From the human T2T-CHM13v2.0 reference genome, Homo sapiens: a stretch of DNA of 64,000 nt. Below the pieces are notes generated by a model. It did not search any database, had not been told where the DNA came from, and worked only from the letters and a program-made list of their open reading frames with translations. A program made the translations under genes and the position numbers. Location of the stretch: NCBI RefSeq assembly GCF_009914755.1, contig NC_060928.1; one strand, written 5' to 3'. Position 1 is the stretch's first letter. Each line of letters starts with the position of its first letter. Below are positions 28,844 through 43,989 of the stretch, piece after piece.

Positions 28844-29495
28844 TGTGACAGTAGGTAGGTAGGCAGACATGAACAGGGCACAAGAGGCTCCCCACAACCA
28901 GAAATGTCAAGTGACCATCAGGTGATGGTCAAGCAGTGGTTAAACTGTCTCTTTAAAATAATTGGTTGCAGCCAGCACCAGAAAAAGGCAGTCTCCCTAT
29001 AGATAGAAAACAGCTGAAACAGATGACCAGCAGCTTCCTGGTAAGATCTCAGGAGCTGGGCGAGTCGGCTCAACCCTGCGTATTAAAAGGCAAAATGGTG
29101 GAGTTTAATTGGTATATGACCTCCCTCTAGGAACACCCAACTGGTAAGGGAAAAACACCTCAAATAAGCACGTGCACAACTTCAGTAAACACACTGTGCA
29201 TGCGGCCCCTCCCAAGTGCTGGCAGGCCAGTACATGTGCAGAATGCTAATGTCTAAAACCCTAAGTCAAAGGTCAAATCAGACATTCAAATCTCTCAAGT
29301 GGCCCACTTGGCCCTCTTCCATGTGTACTTTATTTCCTTTTATTCCTGCTCTAAACTTTTTAGGAAACTTTCACTCATGTTCTGAAACATGCCTTGGTCT
29401 CTCCCTCTGCCTTTTGCCCTTAGGTCAAATCCTTTCTTCTGAAGAGGCAAGAATTGAGGTTGCTGCAGACCTGTAGGTCTTCACCACTGCTAACA
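28844..29495 (+). mobile_element. ERV1 solo LTR MER50
   Basis: gtaggtaggcagacatg...gaccatcaggtgatggtca...gaggcaagaattgaggttgctgcagacc...ctaaca; perfect TSD ccca (28840-43, 29496-99). Confidence 0.9.
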
Positions 29496-29834
29496 CCCAG
29501 ACTGTCACTGTCAATGTGAAGAAAGTCTCTGCATCACATACTATATTAATGGACATAGTGTGACTCAGGTCTATGGGAGCGTCTAACACTAACATACCTG
29601 CATCAGAAGGTAAGACCAACTGTGAGGGGCCTCTTCATCTGCTTCCATAATATTCTGGGAACTTAAAAGGAAACCAACCTGGAATCAAGTGGTGAAGTGG
29701 GATCTGTGATGGTTTTTTTCATAGTGAAGAACCCAAACACACCCAGAGAATGATCATATAGTTACATGGTCCATATAGATATGTAGTCTACCCAGAGTTT
29801 CCTAGCAGTTTAAAAATGGATCTGGGGATAACAG

Positions 29835-30496
29835 TGTGATCTGAGAGACCAAAATAAATGCCCCTTTATTAACTAAGATGGACTCAAAGGTTAAGGAAAC
29901 AAAATTACCTTTGGGTTGAGGGTTCAGGAATTGGCTGGCATGGCTACTTCCTAAATTCCTACAGCTATAAGAAAAACCACACTCTTGCTACACTCTCTAA
30001 TAACAGGATCTATCAAGCAAATTGTCAGAACCCTCCTAACTTTGATTTACAACCCAGACCACTGCAACTCTGGTTGAACAGAGGACTAGCCTTATAGACA
30101 CTCCTTCCTGATAAGCTAGGCCAGTTTCAGCCAGTTCATAGAGACTGCATACAAGCTGTCTTTGTATCCATGTTCTGACACAAAGAGCCAAATTCCCCCT
30201 CATTTTAATGCTAAAACCCCACCCCAAAGTGAACATGAGGTTGTTGTTATATATGTCTACCCATTGCACATGCTCTTGGCTTCCCTCTTAAATATGTATA
30301 GCCTTTCTCCCAAACCTGCTGGATATATATAATACAGGCCCTGTGAGACATTAAACTCAACCTTTCCTTCCCCTCTTTGAAGAGAGAGCACCTTCAATTC
30401 ACTTTGGAGACTGTCTCTTCCCAGTTTGCAAGCTGATATCACCAGTAAAACTTTTCTTTCTAGTATTTAGCCATCCTTGTGGTCCTTTGCATAAGA
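29835..30496 (+). mobile_element. ERV1 solo LTR, MER72-like
   Basis: tgtgatctgagagaccaaaata...aaggttaaggaaacaaaattacct; LTR-like 3' end; TSD not resolved. Confidence 0.7.
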
Positions 30497-30951
30497 GAGA
30501 GCGAGAAGGATGTAGAGAGCTCTAAGTTTTTAGACCCCGAGAAAGGGATGGAAAGGGTTAGTTCTGCTTGGTCTACTTAGAGATTCATTTGATTAAGCTT
30601 TCATCTGGGCTAGGCTGCTTCATATCTGGATACTCTGAGGTTATACAAAATACAGGGCTTCAAACTATTCAGAATCAAAGGTATATGGATAGGGAACCCT
30701 TGCATTTCAGTCCGCCTCTGGGTAAATCCAGTTCATTGCAGGAGAATTCAGCAGTGGTACTTGACACTTGGTCACTCCCTCACAGAGGATAAAAAGTGGT
30801 GGATACAGCCTGATCACACCAACTAGCTTATAGGCTGTCTTAATACATTCTTTAGTGATTACACATGCTCAAATTCATGAACATCATTGGTTTACAGAAA
30901 GCAGCAATGTTTCTAGTATCTTGTATGTTCTAAGAAAAAGCCATTTGCCAT

Positions 30952-31853
<902 letters not shown>

Positions 31854-33809
31854 CCATTTATAACTTTTCAGAGTTAAAGTCAATAGAGTAGAATTTTAGC
31901 AAATTGAAGAAAGATAATAGGGTCATAATGTCTACAATCTTACAATGATGCTTGATTCATATTTTTATTAAAGAGCCAATTTAGAGAAAAATTGTAAATA
32001 ATGGTGATGATGTGAATCAGAGAAGAGGCAAGAGTTCAGCAATATGGAGGCCTTTCACTGCCTATCCTAGAAAACGCTGTTCTTATGTGTTACGTGGAGT
32101 ATAGATACCAGTGCTTGGGGGGCTGGAGTCTCATTCTGATGCCATAAATTTGATTCTGAGCTTAGATTATTTGTTTAAAGCAGTTATCTGAAGTGAGACA
32201 ACACTTACAAATAGATAATAGGACTGCTGTTTAAAGTTTCTGAAAAACCACAGAGCAAGACAATGTATTGAAAAGAATAAACAGTGGGGATTTGGAATGA
32301 TCTTTCTGAATCAATAACAAGTGACAGAAAAGAAAAGAATTACTGATTTTCTAGCTATTTGGAATGACACAACACTTTCTGGGATTCACATTTCATATCA
32401 GAGTTGTTTAACCAGCAAAATGCTGAAGTGATTAAATATGAAACCACACAGCTGAGGCTGGAGAAAACTGTTTGTTCAGAAATGCTTCTGGAATGAGACT
32501 GCAGCTTTAGTTATTTTTGTTTGGTTGGTCAGTGATGAAATGTGCTATACTCAGCCTGCTAAAGTTATCCACAGAGGAAGGTTTACTTTGGTGGTTTTAA
32601 GGTATCTCCTTTCAGAATTTTGATGTGGCAGCACATCCCTTAACAGCTCATTTCCTGAGGGATACTAAACAAGAGCCAAACCTAGGAAAAAAGACAAGTT
32701 TAAGATCTCTCACCTCACTGTGAACTCTTTCCATGTTTAAACATAGAAGACACTCTCATAATCTGGCTTCAAATGAACACTGCCACAAAGGCCCTAACTA
32801 TTTATTACGCAGTGACCCAGGGCCTATTTTTCAACGGAAAAATAAGAGAAGATATCTTTACTAGCTTTGTGCCTTGCCCAAACATGAAACTGAAGCCAAA
32901 ATGAGTGAAAAGACTTTGTTTTACCTATAACAATTTAGTTAAGAGAAAATTTTTATAGGTTTATGTGCAGAGTCAACATCTTTTGGTTATCCACTGGAAA
33001 TTTATAACTATACTAATTTATATCACTTTATTAAATATCCATAAAAATCAGGCTGTTAGTTATTGAAAAATAAGGAGCTCACAGTTTGAAAGATGATAGG
33101 CATGTGGTATTTTTAATTATATCTAAACTTATAAGTCAGGGGAAATGGTAGATACAGTTTCTAGTGTAAAGCTTAGGTTGGGATTGAAAAGGTAGCATGA
33201 TTGGTCAGGGCACACCTTGGGGTTTAACATTTTGTGGTGTCTGTTGGGTGCCTTGGACACTGGAGATCTTGGAACTGTATCCTGGAATTGCATATGGAAT
33301 ACAGTCATCACATATGCTTATAGAGTTAGCACTTCATGGCATGCCATGGATATGCTATTGTCATCTGATGTTTTCGTCTTACTTCAATGGTATAATGCAA
33401 AATGGTTAATAATGTAAGTTTTTTTCAAATATAAAATTACTTATAAGACACACATATTCTTAAGAAGCCATATTACTAAACCAAGCAAGCTAAATCCTCA
33501 AAACAGGAGACGAACAGCAGAAAGGGATTGCAGCTACATGGAGAGACTCACCAATGTGTCTGAATAAAGTGAATATATATTTTTGAAAGACATCATTTCC
33601 AACTGTAAAATGAATGGAATTATTTCCTGCTAAGACTAATCTGCTATAATTTGATTGGTCCATATTCTTTAAATGTAATAGCACCAGTTCCTGAAATTCT
33701 TAAGTTATTAAAGATACAATATTTTAAAGGTTCTTTTGATCACAGTTAAATTACAGATGATTTTTATTTTTCTTGGCATTTTATAAAAAAGTTAAAAAAT
33801 AGCTCTTAC

Positions 33810-34016
33810 CAGTGGTGTGCTGGTAAACGTTCACTACCCAGCTTTCAGGGCAGGGTTGGGGATGTCCTGATTCAAAGTATTTGATGATCAACCAGTATGC
33901 AATGCTCCCATAATGGCCAAGTTCAAACTACCAATGGGATATCAACCAGCTAGAAAACCTCCAGAAAGTTTAGCAATTGGCTCTCACAAAGCAGGATGCA
34001 CAGCTCCAGCACACTG
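33810..34016. mobile_element. MER63A-like hAT-Blackjack MITE
   Basis: TIRs cagtggtgtgctgg / ccagcacactg; ~205 bp. Confidence 0.8.
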
Positions 34017-35442
34017 ACTAAGACTATTTTTGTCTTAGCCGAATATAAGAGCAATCATCATAACTTAGGAGTTTATCAAATTAGTAACCAAATGTGAATA
34101 TGGAACCTCAAACACTCTGCCATATGATCCTCCAAACACCTATAAAGAGAAAGGGGAAACATAATAGGAATAAAAGTAGAAAAGTTCTACTATATTTGCT
34201 ATATCCAGAATCTTACACCAAATATACTTTAAAAGCCTATTAAATTCTGTGAACAGCTTCCTAAGACTTTGGATAAATATTAAATGTGCTTATAAAATAT
34301 AAATGTTTTTAGTATTACTTATAGCATGGTGTTGTTAGAAGTACAATGTCAATAAATGACCATGAATAAACTTATTTACTGCCAGTTGCTAAACCTCTTC
34401 CTTGTGCTGCTTTTTAATTTATATTCCTCTGTTGTTTCCTCTTTGGCATCATTTTTCCTCAAATTAGTTTCCTCTATGACAATGCCAATTTGTTTCACCA
34501 AGACAAATAACCTTGTGAAAGCTCTTTGTCAGCTAGACTGTTTATAATACAGAACTAAGGTGATCTTATTTTTCTTCTTCAATACCGCTCCGTAAATGAA
34601 AACAACCTTATAGAGATGTTGCCAACCCTCTGCCAGAGCTTTAAGAATTTTTTGAAAAATAACCTCTGAATAATCTCAACATACCTGAAAATGTTAATAA
34701 TTTAGGGAAAAGACACTTAGTTGTTTGTTTGATTTACCAGAATCTAAAGTTACAAGTAATAGCTTCTTAACTTTGTTCATTGCTTTCAGCAGCTCAAGCT
34801 TGGGATTCAGAAGCTCTATGCTGATTAAGCCTCTGAGAATTTTTTCTTTTCTATTGGCAGTTGATAAACAGCGCTTTCACGATAAATGTACTCTAATATA
34901 GTTCTCAATTGTGAGATTTTTTTTTTTTTTTTTGGTCAGGGGCGGGTATAGTTAAGATACAGACTTACCAAAGAACACATAATTTGATAACTTTTACCAA
35001 GTCTTTTTTTTTTTAAAGCACTTAATATGTTTGAACTTGCTAAGTTGTCTCTCATCTTCTATTTTTGTTTTTTGTTTGCTTTAACACAGTAGATGTGTAA
35101 AGGTGATACTTAAGAATAATGAAGAGGTAAGGTAGTTCTAAATAGAATTATTAAACAAGAAAAATTTTAGAAAAATGCTACTTCTCTTTCTTGGGCCTTA
35201 AAAAGGACTCAGGCAAGATAAATAAGTTGCGTGCATCTTTTTTTTTTTTAATATATTTTTTTAAAGCACTGGGAGCTCTCCCTTCCCCAAAGACTTAAAA
35301 CTACTGGCAGAAGGACTGTCTTGAAACACATCACGAGTGATAATTTTTCTTCCTATCTACAAGGCAATCATTACCCTTTTTCTTCCTAATCCTTCTGCAT
35401 TGGCTGCCCATTGATGAATATGATGAGTAGGTGTTAAAATAG

Positions 35443-35601
35443 GAGGGGAGGGAGAGCATTAGGACAAACACCTAATGCATTCAGGGCTTAAAACCTAGAT
35501 GACAGGTTGATAGGTACAGCAAACCACCACGGCACATGTATACCTATGTAACGAGCCTGCATGTTCTGCACATGTATCCCAGAACTTAAAGTCAAATAAA
35601 G
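35443..35601 (+). mobile_element. 5'-truncated L1PA (PA8-like) 3' end
   Basis: gggagagcattaggacaaacacctaatgc...cagcaaaccacc...tcccagaacttaaagt; TSD aaaatag (35436-42, 35602-08). Confidence 0.9.
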
Positions 35602-37642
35602 AAAATAGCACATTTATTAAAAAGAAAAATCAATACATATCTTAGAGAAGTCAGCCGGAGTCACAAAATGCACTGTTGGGAAATTTCCATTTACTTACGT
35701 TTTAGTTTCTATGTACATCGGGACTCTCATTCTTCAAGGAACTGTTTTTCAAATTACCTTGTTAAAATAGTTTCCTATCTGTGGTTACTTAGGTTAAAAA
35801 AAAAGAAAAGAAAAACAAAGCTTTTATTTTTTGGCAGATGTTGGAAGGAGATCATGGTACCACATGAACTTGTTTAAAAACGAAGAAGGTGGTGTGAGCT
35901 GGTACAGTCAGCCTATACCGCAAAACCTCTACCCCCAAATCTCTGAACCTGTTTCTAACAGGATACAAACTTCCTGAGGACTTTCTTGTCATTGAAGGCC
36001 CCTGCAGTGTAAAGCATGATGCTTTGTATTTGGTTAAGTGGCCCATGAGCTTTCCTTATTTCCTTGAATTGAGCATCTTGGATACTTAGAACTGTACCCT
36101 CTCTACAAAAACAAATGAAAAAACAAACAACCTAACCATGGAGATTTCTAATCTGGTGGTTGGCAGATTATGCTGTGTATGTGATTTTGTTCCCTTTTAA
36201 CTTTACTATCAGATTTCCTTCTGAAGCATCACTCATTATTCTGTAATATCTTTTAAATCTCTGCGTCTCTGTGGAGTGTCATCAATTAGCAAAACATTAT
36301 GTTCGCTGATAACAGCCTGATCCTTCTTATATCTGCATTATGCAACAGACTCATGAAGACAGAAAGGCTTCATTCCTCTGCCCAGTAAGGTACATAAAAC
36401 CAAGACTAGTTGTGTCTTCCAATCCCCAACCTTCTGCTCACCATGGATGAGAGGAAAAAGATTAAATAAGGACATCCCCATTTCTAAGAGTTTATTAGTT
36501 CCTAGTCTAACTTCTTGCAGACTTAAAGAAAAACACTGCAGTTCAGATTTTGAAAATATTCTGTTAAAGGAGAAGAATCTCTATTTTCCAGGTTTATCAA
36601 TAAATGGAGATTAAATAATAGGAAAGGTAGCTCCTAGAATAGCAGGGTCTTAGAACACTTGGGGGCAAAAACAAAAGGCAAATAAATAGTCTTTTTTGTT
36701 CTCCTCTGCATTTGCTTAAATATTTTACAGTTCTGCACCCAGATTTGTCTCAGTTGCAGTAAGGACTACATAATTCCTTCAGGTTTTTCAGAAGCCAGAT
36801 CTCTAGGCTGATCAGCAGATAAAATGTATTGAAAAACCATAGAGTAACATGCAAACAAGAGAAAACCAAAATTGCCCAACAAAAAACCTTTTAATCAAGT
36901 GAAATTTTCCTGATTTCTGCTTTTCTGAGTAAAGATGTCATTATTTAAACAGCGTGCTCTTTTGTATAATTATGTGTTCGATTGCATCGCTCCATGGACC
37001 TTAATCTTCAAACATGGTGTTTCCTTTAATTTAAAAGGGTTTCAATGTTCCCATTCCCTTATTTTCTAACAGACTTGCTGCTGGGAGAGATTAACCGTTG
37101 CCCTAGGAACACTAAAAACATCAATTTCCCTGGAGCAATATCTCACTAACTTCAGCACTTAAGTCCCAATGTTTAGTTAGAGTTTGTTCAGTGAGTACTT
37201 TAAGGTTGATTAAATGACCGTTAAATGTCTGAGAGCAACCAAAGTAAAAAGCTCAGAAGCAGCAGATCACCCATGTAGGAATGCAGCTCTCTCCACTCAG
37301 AGACTAATTTTGTCAAGACCACCTAGAAGACACACAACTACCATTTACTAATGGTAATTGCAGACTTATAATTACTTACAGTACAGGTAATCCCATGCTT
37401 GATTCATGTCTAGCCTATATAAATTTCTCTAAAATTTCCTAAATGTGGCATTCAGTCAAAACCTAGATAAACATTCAAGTGTGTATGTGTGTGCATCCTC
37501 AATGTGCAGAATCTGTCTTTTATTTGCTTACCCTCTCACTTGTTGAGGTGTCTTTTTCTCCTTTTTATTGTTTATCATCTCTCCAGGGAGGGGCTTGGCA
37601 ATTTAGATTATGTCTCTTGAGGAATGCAGAGAGCAGATAATG

Positions 37643-37905
37643 AATTTTTTTTGAGACAGAGTCTCACTTTATGGCTCACTGCAGCCTCCAAACCCTGGGC
37701 TAGGCGATCCTCCCATCTCGGCCTTCTTAGCAGGAAGGACTACAAGTGTGTGCCACCACACCTGGCTAAACTTTTATTTATTTTTTTGTAGAGATGGGGT
37801 CTTGCTTTGTTGCCCAAGCTGGTCTCAAACTCCTGACCTTGAGTGATCCTCCAACCTCACCCCCTCCAAGTGCTAGGATTATACGTGTGAGCTACCACAC
37901 TCGGC
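37643..37905 (-). mobile_element. AluJ with internal deletion
   Basis: ttttgagacagagtctcac...gctcactgcagcctcc...ctcaaactcctgacc...gagctaccacactcggc. Confidence 0.88.
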
Positions 37906-38046
37906 AGAAGATGGATTTGAGAGGTATCTTCAAGCTGTTTGATCTCCCTGGAACAGGAATAGGGTTGGGTTTTGTATTACAGTTTGAATTAGGGATTAGA
38001 TAACCTTCTGACAGAAAGTAGAACATGATTAGAAAAATGCAGTTTC

Positions 38047-38356
<310 letters not shown>

Positions 38357-38603
38357 TCAAAATATGCCTACAAATTAATACATTTGCTCATAAGAGTTCC
38401 TGGAAGAAAACAAAACAAAACAAAACAATACAAAAATAAAGCAAAACAAACAAGAACACCAACAACAGCAACAAAACTCAGAAACTCAATTCATAAATCA
38501 GGAGTTGATCAGAGATTTTGGAGGATCCCAGTAAAATTCACATGAGTCGTCAAGGGAAATGCCATTCTATCACTTTTGAAATGACTTTCATTAGCTGCTA
38601 GAC

Positions 38604-39120
38604 CAGTGGTTCCCAGTCTTTTTGACACCAGGGACTGGTTTCATGGAAGACAATTTTTGGATGGTTTCAGGATGATTCAAGTGATTACATTTATTTTGCA
38701 CTTGCACTTTATTTCTATGATTACTACATTATAATATATAATGAAATATTTACACAACTCACCATAATGTAGGATCAGTGTGAGCCCTGAGCTTGTTTTC
38801 CTGCAACTAGATGGTCCCATCTCGGGGTGATGTGATGGGAGACAGTGATAGATCATGGGCATTAGATTCCCATAAAGAGCATGCAACCTAGATCCCTCAC
38901 ATGCACAGTTCATAATAGGGTTTACGCTCCTATGAGAATCTAATGCTGCTGCTGATCTGACAGTGGTGGAGCTCAGGTGGTCATGCAAGCGATTAGGAGT
39001 GGCTGTAAATACAGATGAAACTTCTCTTGCTTGCCCACCGCTCACCTCCTGCTGTGTGGCCTTGCTTCTAACAGGCCACGGACAGGTAGCAATCTGTGAC
39101 CTGGGATTTGGGGACCCCTG
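38604..39120 (+). mobile_element. MER1A (Charlie3-derived) DNA transposon
   Basis: cagtggttccc...ttggggacccctg TIRs; perfect 8-bp TSD tgctagac (38596-603, 39121-28). Confidence 0.95.
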
Positions 39121-39929
39121 TGCTAGACATTGATAGTTACTCCTAATTCCTATTTCCAATCTACCTTGGTGGAGCATACTACTCTTCTATGAAGATTCAG
39201 AGGAATATGGTGTTACTGTATTCCCATTTCACAGGTAATAAAACTGAGGCATGAAAGATCAATGTGTTTCCCTGGACTTGCACAGTTTCCTGAAGCAAGA
39301 ATATACAGCTGGGTTGGAGAAGTACTTTCACAGAAGGCTACTTTAAAAAAACGTATAATGCTTTGAAATTCATTAAGCCTATTTGCAATAACTTACATAC
39401 TTTAGTATTATACAAATATATATGTAAGCTCATTGGAAATTTTGGCTGTTATGAATTAAAATCTAATTTGAATGTGTAAAAATAATTTGTAGGAAGGCTT
39501 TGCTTGCTACAACTGAGATTTGCATGTAAAATATCTTTTATTTATAATATACTTTGCTTTATTTTTTCACCTAGTTGTTAAATATTTTGAAATATAATTC
39601 TAATGTAAAGTATCATTTCTGTGCCTAGGAAACTATGTGAATACTCTTCCATATGACTTAATTTTGTATTGACTCTGGCTGCTAATTACAGTCTGCTTTC
39701 CTCCAGTTAGTGGCCACCAAGATGCTGTTCCAAGATGTTTTAAACTCATGTTTTCACAGTGCCCTCTTTCATGTAATACAGCTATTATATTTTAAAGGTG
39801 ATTGTCCACTTTAAAAATAAAAGATGCCAAAGTAAATAAATAGGAGACACTACGTTATTTATTCCACTGGATAGGAAAGCTGGAAGAAACTCGTGGGATC
39901 ATCCAGTTGGGCTCCCAATCCTTTCATTT

Positions 39930-40218
39930 GTTTTTGTTTTTTTGAAACAGTCTCGTTCTGTCGCCCAGGCTGGAGTGCAGTGGCCAGATCTTGGCTCACT
40001 GCAACCTCCCATCTGCCAGGTTCAAGTGATTCTCCTCCTTCAGCCTCCTGAGTAGCTGAGATTACAGGCACCTGCCACCACACTCAGCTATGTATTTTTA
40101 GTAGAGATGGGGTTTCACCATGTTGGCCAGGGTGGTCTCAAACTCCTGACCTCAAGTGGTCTTCCTGTCTTGGCCTCCCAAAGTGCTGGGGTTACAGGCT
40201 TGAGCCACCGCACCTGGC
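39930..40218 (-). mobile_element. AluS inserted in a MIR (MIR ~39895-40360)
   Basis: TSD tcccaatcctttcattt / tcccagtcctctcattt; MIR core continues after the Alu. Confidence 0.93.
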
Positions 40219-40949
40219 TCCCAGTCCTCTCATTTGTAAAGATAAGGATGCTGAGTCTAGTGAGGTGGAGCAGCTTGCCAAGCCCACACAACTAGTTAAG
40301 GCAGAGCCAGCATCGAAGCCCACATCTCTTGGCTCTCAGTCAAGTCCTTTCCACTGTACTAAAGGAGACCATATTTAGAAAAGATTAAAATGCTGAAATT
40401 TTCTCTCCACATCTGTATTTTAAAGAAAAGGAAATCTCTAATATGAATTATAGTCACTATTTCCAGTGTTTAACTGAAAAATACTGGAGCTCTGAAAAAT
40501 TTTCAGGTTTGTCCTTCATAATCTACATGGAAAATAATGAAAAAGCCAACTCCACCTCCCGCTATGAACATACTGCTCACTGTCTGATGTACTGGGTGTA
40601 CAGCTGCTCTGAGCCTTTCTCTTGAACACCCTTCTATTTATTTTATTGCAAAGTTATTGTGGATTTTGGAATCAACTGAAGTATTTCTTAGTTTACAACA
40701 ATGTTGTTCAAGGTTCACCATTAAAAATCATAATGGTAAAAATACTAACAGCCCTTTCCTCTATTAGAAATCATTTTAAAAGTACCTTAAGATAATATTT
40801 CAGAGGAACATTTCAACTTACAGCATATCTGACATTCGTCATCTTAATGCCTGGAAAAGAATTCTTGTCAAGAAGGAGTTTGTTCTTTTACTAGTAGGAA
40901 GTGCATTACTCTAAGTATATATGCTTGCTTCAGCTCTCTGGAGGATCAG

Positions 40950-41500
40950 AGTAGTAATAATAATATATTTCTTGAGTGCTTACTAACTGCTAATCTCTGG
41001 AATAAACCTTTACATGCATTACCTCATTGAATTCTCACAGCTACCTCATGAGATGGTTATTATAATCCCTACTTTACAAGTGAAGTAATTAAAGTTGAAG
41101 ATCATCAGGTTGATAAATGGCAGTGACTGAAATTTAAGCAATCTCAGTTCAGGCCCTAGCTCTGTGTTAGCATGTGAAGTCTCCTGAGGAAGAGACTGCT
41201 TCCCAGGCTCGACATTATTTGGTTAGGGCCTTGGTCAGGAAGGACTTTCTGCATGGAGTAATGACCAGGTTAAGACCTGAAGAGACTACAGTGGTGGAGT
41301 ACATGGGCAGTAGGCACAGACGGCAGGGGTGAGTGTCTGCTTTGATATTTACTACATCTTTCTCTACGTTTTCATTTCTTTGTGTAATGGGAAATTCTTC
41401 ATATATCCATAGGTTTGCTGTGAGAATGGGATAAGGTCATCCTTGTAAAGTGCTTTACACAATGGTGGGCACATCATATGCACTCAAAAAAGCTTAGCTA
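40950..41500. mobile_element. Two MIR remnants (minus ~40950-41170; plus ~41330-41500)
   Basis: catgcattacctcattgaattctcacag...ccctactttacaagtgaag; gctgtgagaat...tgtaaagtgctttacaca...gcactcaaaaa. Confidence 0.7.
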
Positions 41501-42320
41501 TACATATACTTGATTGGTACTAAAGACAAAAATGAAATTTTTAGTCCATTGCCAATTTCTCTATTAATTATTTAGTCCTTACTCAAAAAGTATATTTTTA
41601 CTGTTATTCTAGTCCTCAAGGGAGCTGAAGCAAGCATATATACTTCTTTCTCAAGAGAAAAGAAGTTCCGAATGGTAATCTGGAGGCTAGGGGTGAGAGA
41701 GATTTGCTTTCTGCTTTGAAAAGTCCAGCCTCTCATTGAATCTTACTTGCAGGAAAATGAAGCAGCCAGTCAGCAGGTATTTGTGTAGGATATGATAATA
41801 GAAACTACAATAAGATGGAACATAACTTGGATATGGTCCTAGCTCTCAAGAAGCTGAGGAAGAGGCATGCTAGCAAGGGATACCATGGGCAGAAACGTGC
41901 ACAGTCATTACAGGAGCTCATCATTGAGGATGAGGTGTGGGATTCTGGGCAGAGAGCCGCTGACTCAGAGGAAGTACTTCAGGACAGCTTCCTGGAGATG
42001 ATCAAATGGTTATTATACGAAAAGATGGGGGAGCCCTATTGAGAGTCAAAGAAGCTGTTCTCTGCACCTAGGATATTTCTGGCAAAATGTCTGGGATAGG
42101 AATTACAATGAAAAGACAACAGCAACACAACACAGATCTTTCCTAACACAAATGAAGGCTGGTGGTTAGGGTACAGAATGAAATGATGGAATGAGATGAG
42201 AGTGGTTGGATGAAATATAAGCATAGGTTATAGAGTCCTAGAGAATATGGTTTAAACATGACTTGGAGCCAGAAGTAACTAGCAAACAAATAGAGATCTA
42301 AAGAAGATTTCATGATCAGG

Positions 42321-42352
<32 letters not shown>

Positions 42353-42555
42353 TGCACCCAATTCCAGGGTTTTATGTTTGGAATACCTCTCTCCCCACTT
42401 CTTCCTATTCCCTTCTCCCTCCCTGGACTAATTCATGCAGAGTCTTCAGGTCTCAGCTTTACATCTTCCTTTAGGAATTCATCCCTGACCATAGAGACTG
42501 GGTTAGGTATTTTCTTGTAGGTCCTAATGATGGCCTCTGCTTACCTCATCAAATC

Positions 42556-43135
42556 TGCTTTTGTTTTCTACAGCTGTGTAATAAATTACCACAAACATAA
42601 CAGCTTTAAGAAACAAACTTTATCCTCTCACAGTTTCTGTGGAGCAGGAGCTCAGAATGCTTTAGCTATGTCCTCTGCTCAGGGTCTTAGAAGGCCAAAA
42701 GCAAGATGTTGGCCAGATGAGTCCTCATCTGGAGGCATGACTAGGGAAAGATTTGCTTCCAAGCTCCCTCAGGTTGCTGGCAGAATTCATTTCCTTGCAG
42801 CTGTAGGACTGATGTCCCTGTTTTCTTGACAGCTGTTGTCCGGGGCCCACTCTCAGTGCTGGTCCTTGCTGCATGGCCCTCTCTTTAATATGGCAATTTG
42901 CTTCTTCAAGGCTAGTGGGAGAATCTCTCTTCTCAACCTTCTATGACAGAGTGACGTTACATAATCACAGGAGTGACTATCCATTACCTTTGTCATATAA
43001 TGTAACCTAAGCAAGGGAGCAAATATCCTATTATATCCATAAGGCTTGTCCATACATAACAGGAAGAGATTGTACAGGGTATGTATACCAGGGAGAGGGG
43101 ATCTTGAGGGCCCTCTCAGAATTCTGTCTACCACA
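42556..43135 (-). mobile_element. MLT1E-family MaLR solo LTR within L2 remnants
   Basis: aaattaccacaaac...ctcacagtttctg...ggcagaattcatttccttgcagctgtaggactga...gaattctgtctaccaca; TSD aaatc/atatc. Confidence 0.85.
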
Positions 43136-43629
43136 ATATCCTTTGTCACATTGCATTATAGTTGCCAGCTGACTGAGCTCTCAGAGAGACTATATCTTAG
43201 TGACCCTTATAGTTTCTGCTTTGCATAGTGCTTAGCAGATACTCTCTTCTTAGTAAAAATTTGTGGAGTCACTTAGTAAGTGTTGACAGGTCAGTTTAGA
43301 TAGTAGAGAGTATGGAGGCCTGAAGAGGACAGATTTCAATAATTTATACATTTAGTAGAAATAGGTGAAAAGATGCTGTTGAATGGCAATGAAGAACACA
43401 GAAACTGAACTAAGTCCAGGGTCCATAAAATCTGTTAATGAAGATAGCTCTGGTGATGGGGAAATTGAGTGCTCTAATTTTGGAGGTAGTGGTTATGTGA
43501 TACTCACTTAGCAATTTTGGTTAATTATATTGCATATGCTGTCGAATGGGTAAGAATGAACAGTTCCCAGTAATTGTGCTAAAGTGTGGAAAGCCGTCAT
43601 AATCATTGCTTTAAAAAACTGTATATTTA

Positions 43630-43926
43630 GGCCAGGCACGGTGGCCCATGCCTGTAAAGCCAGCACTTTGGGGGCCAAGGCTGTGGATCCCTTGAGGTCA
43701 GGAGTTCAAGACCAGCCTGGGCAACACGGCGAAACCCTGTGTCACTGAAAATACAAAAATTAGCCAGGTGTGGTGGCACACTCCTGTAATCCCAGCTACT
43801 CCAGAGGCTAAGGCAGGAGGATCGCTTGAAACCTGGGAGGCAGAGGTTGCAGTGCCAAGATCATGCCACTGCACTCCAGCCACGGCAGCAGAGTGAGACT
43901 CTGTCTCAAAAAAAAAAAAAAAAAAA
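43630..43926 (+). mobile_element. Alu (Jb/Sz-like)
   Basis: Dimer plus long A tail; TSD aaaaaact(g/a)tatattta. Confidence 0.94.
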
Positions 43927-43989
43927 AAAAAACTATATATTTATTTGAGCTTTTTCTCTAATCAAAGCACATGGCTAAATCTGTTGGAG

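Noticed and set aside
33197-33419. Overlapping short ORFs ending near a gtaagt donor
   Set aside because: No good upstream acceptor and no recognisable peptide.
38677-39177. 166-aa minus-strand ORF
   Set aside because: Almost entirely inside the non-autonomous MER1A.
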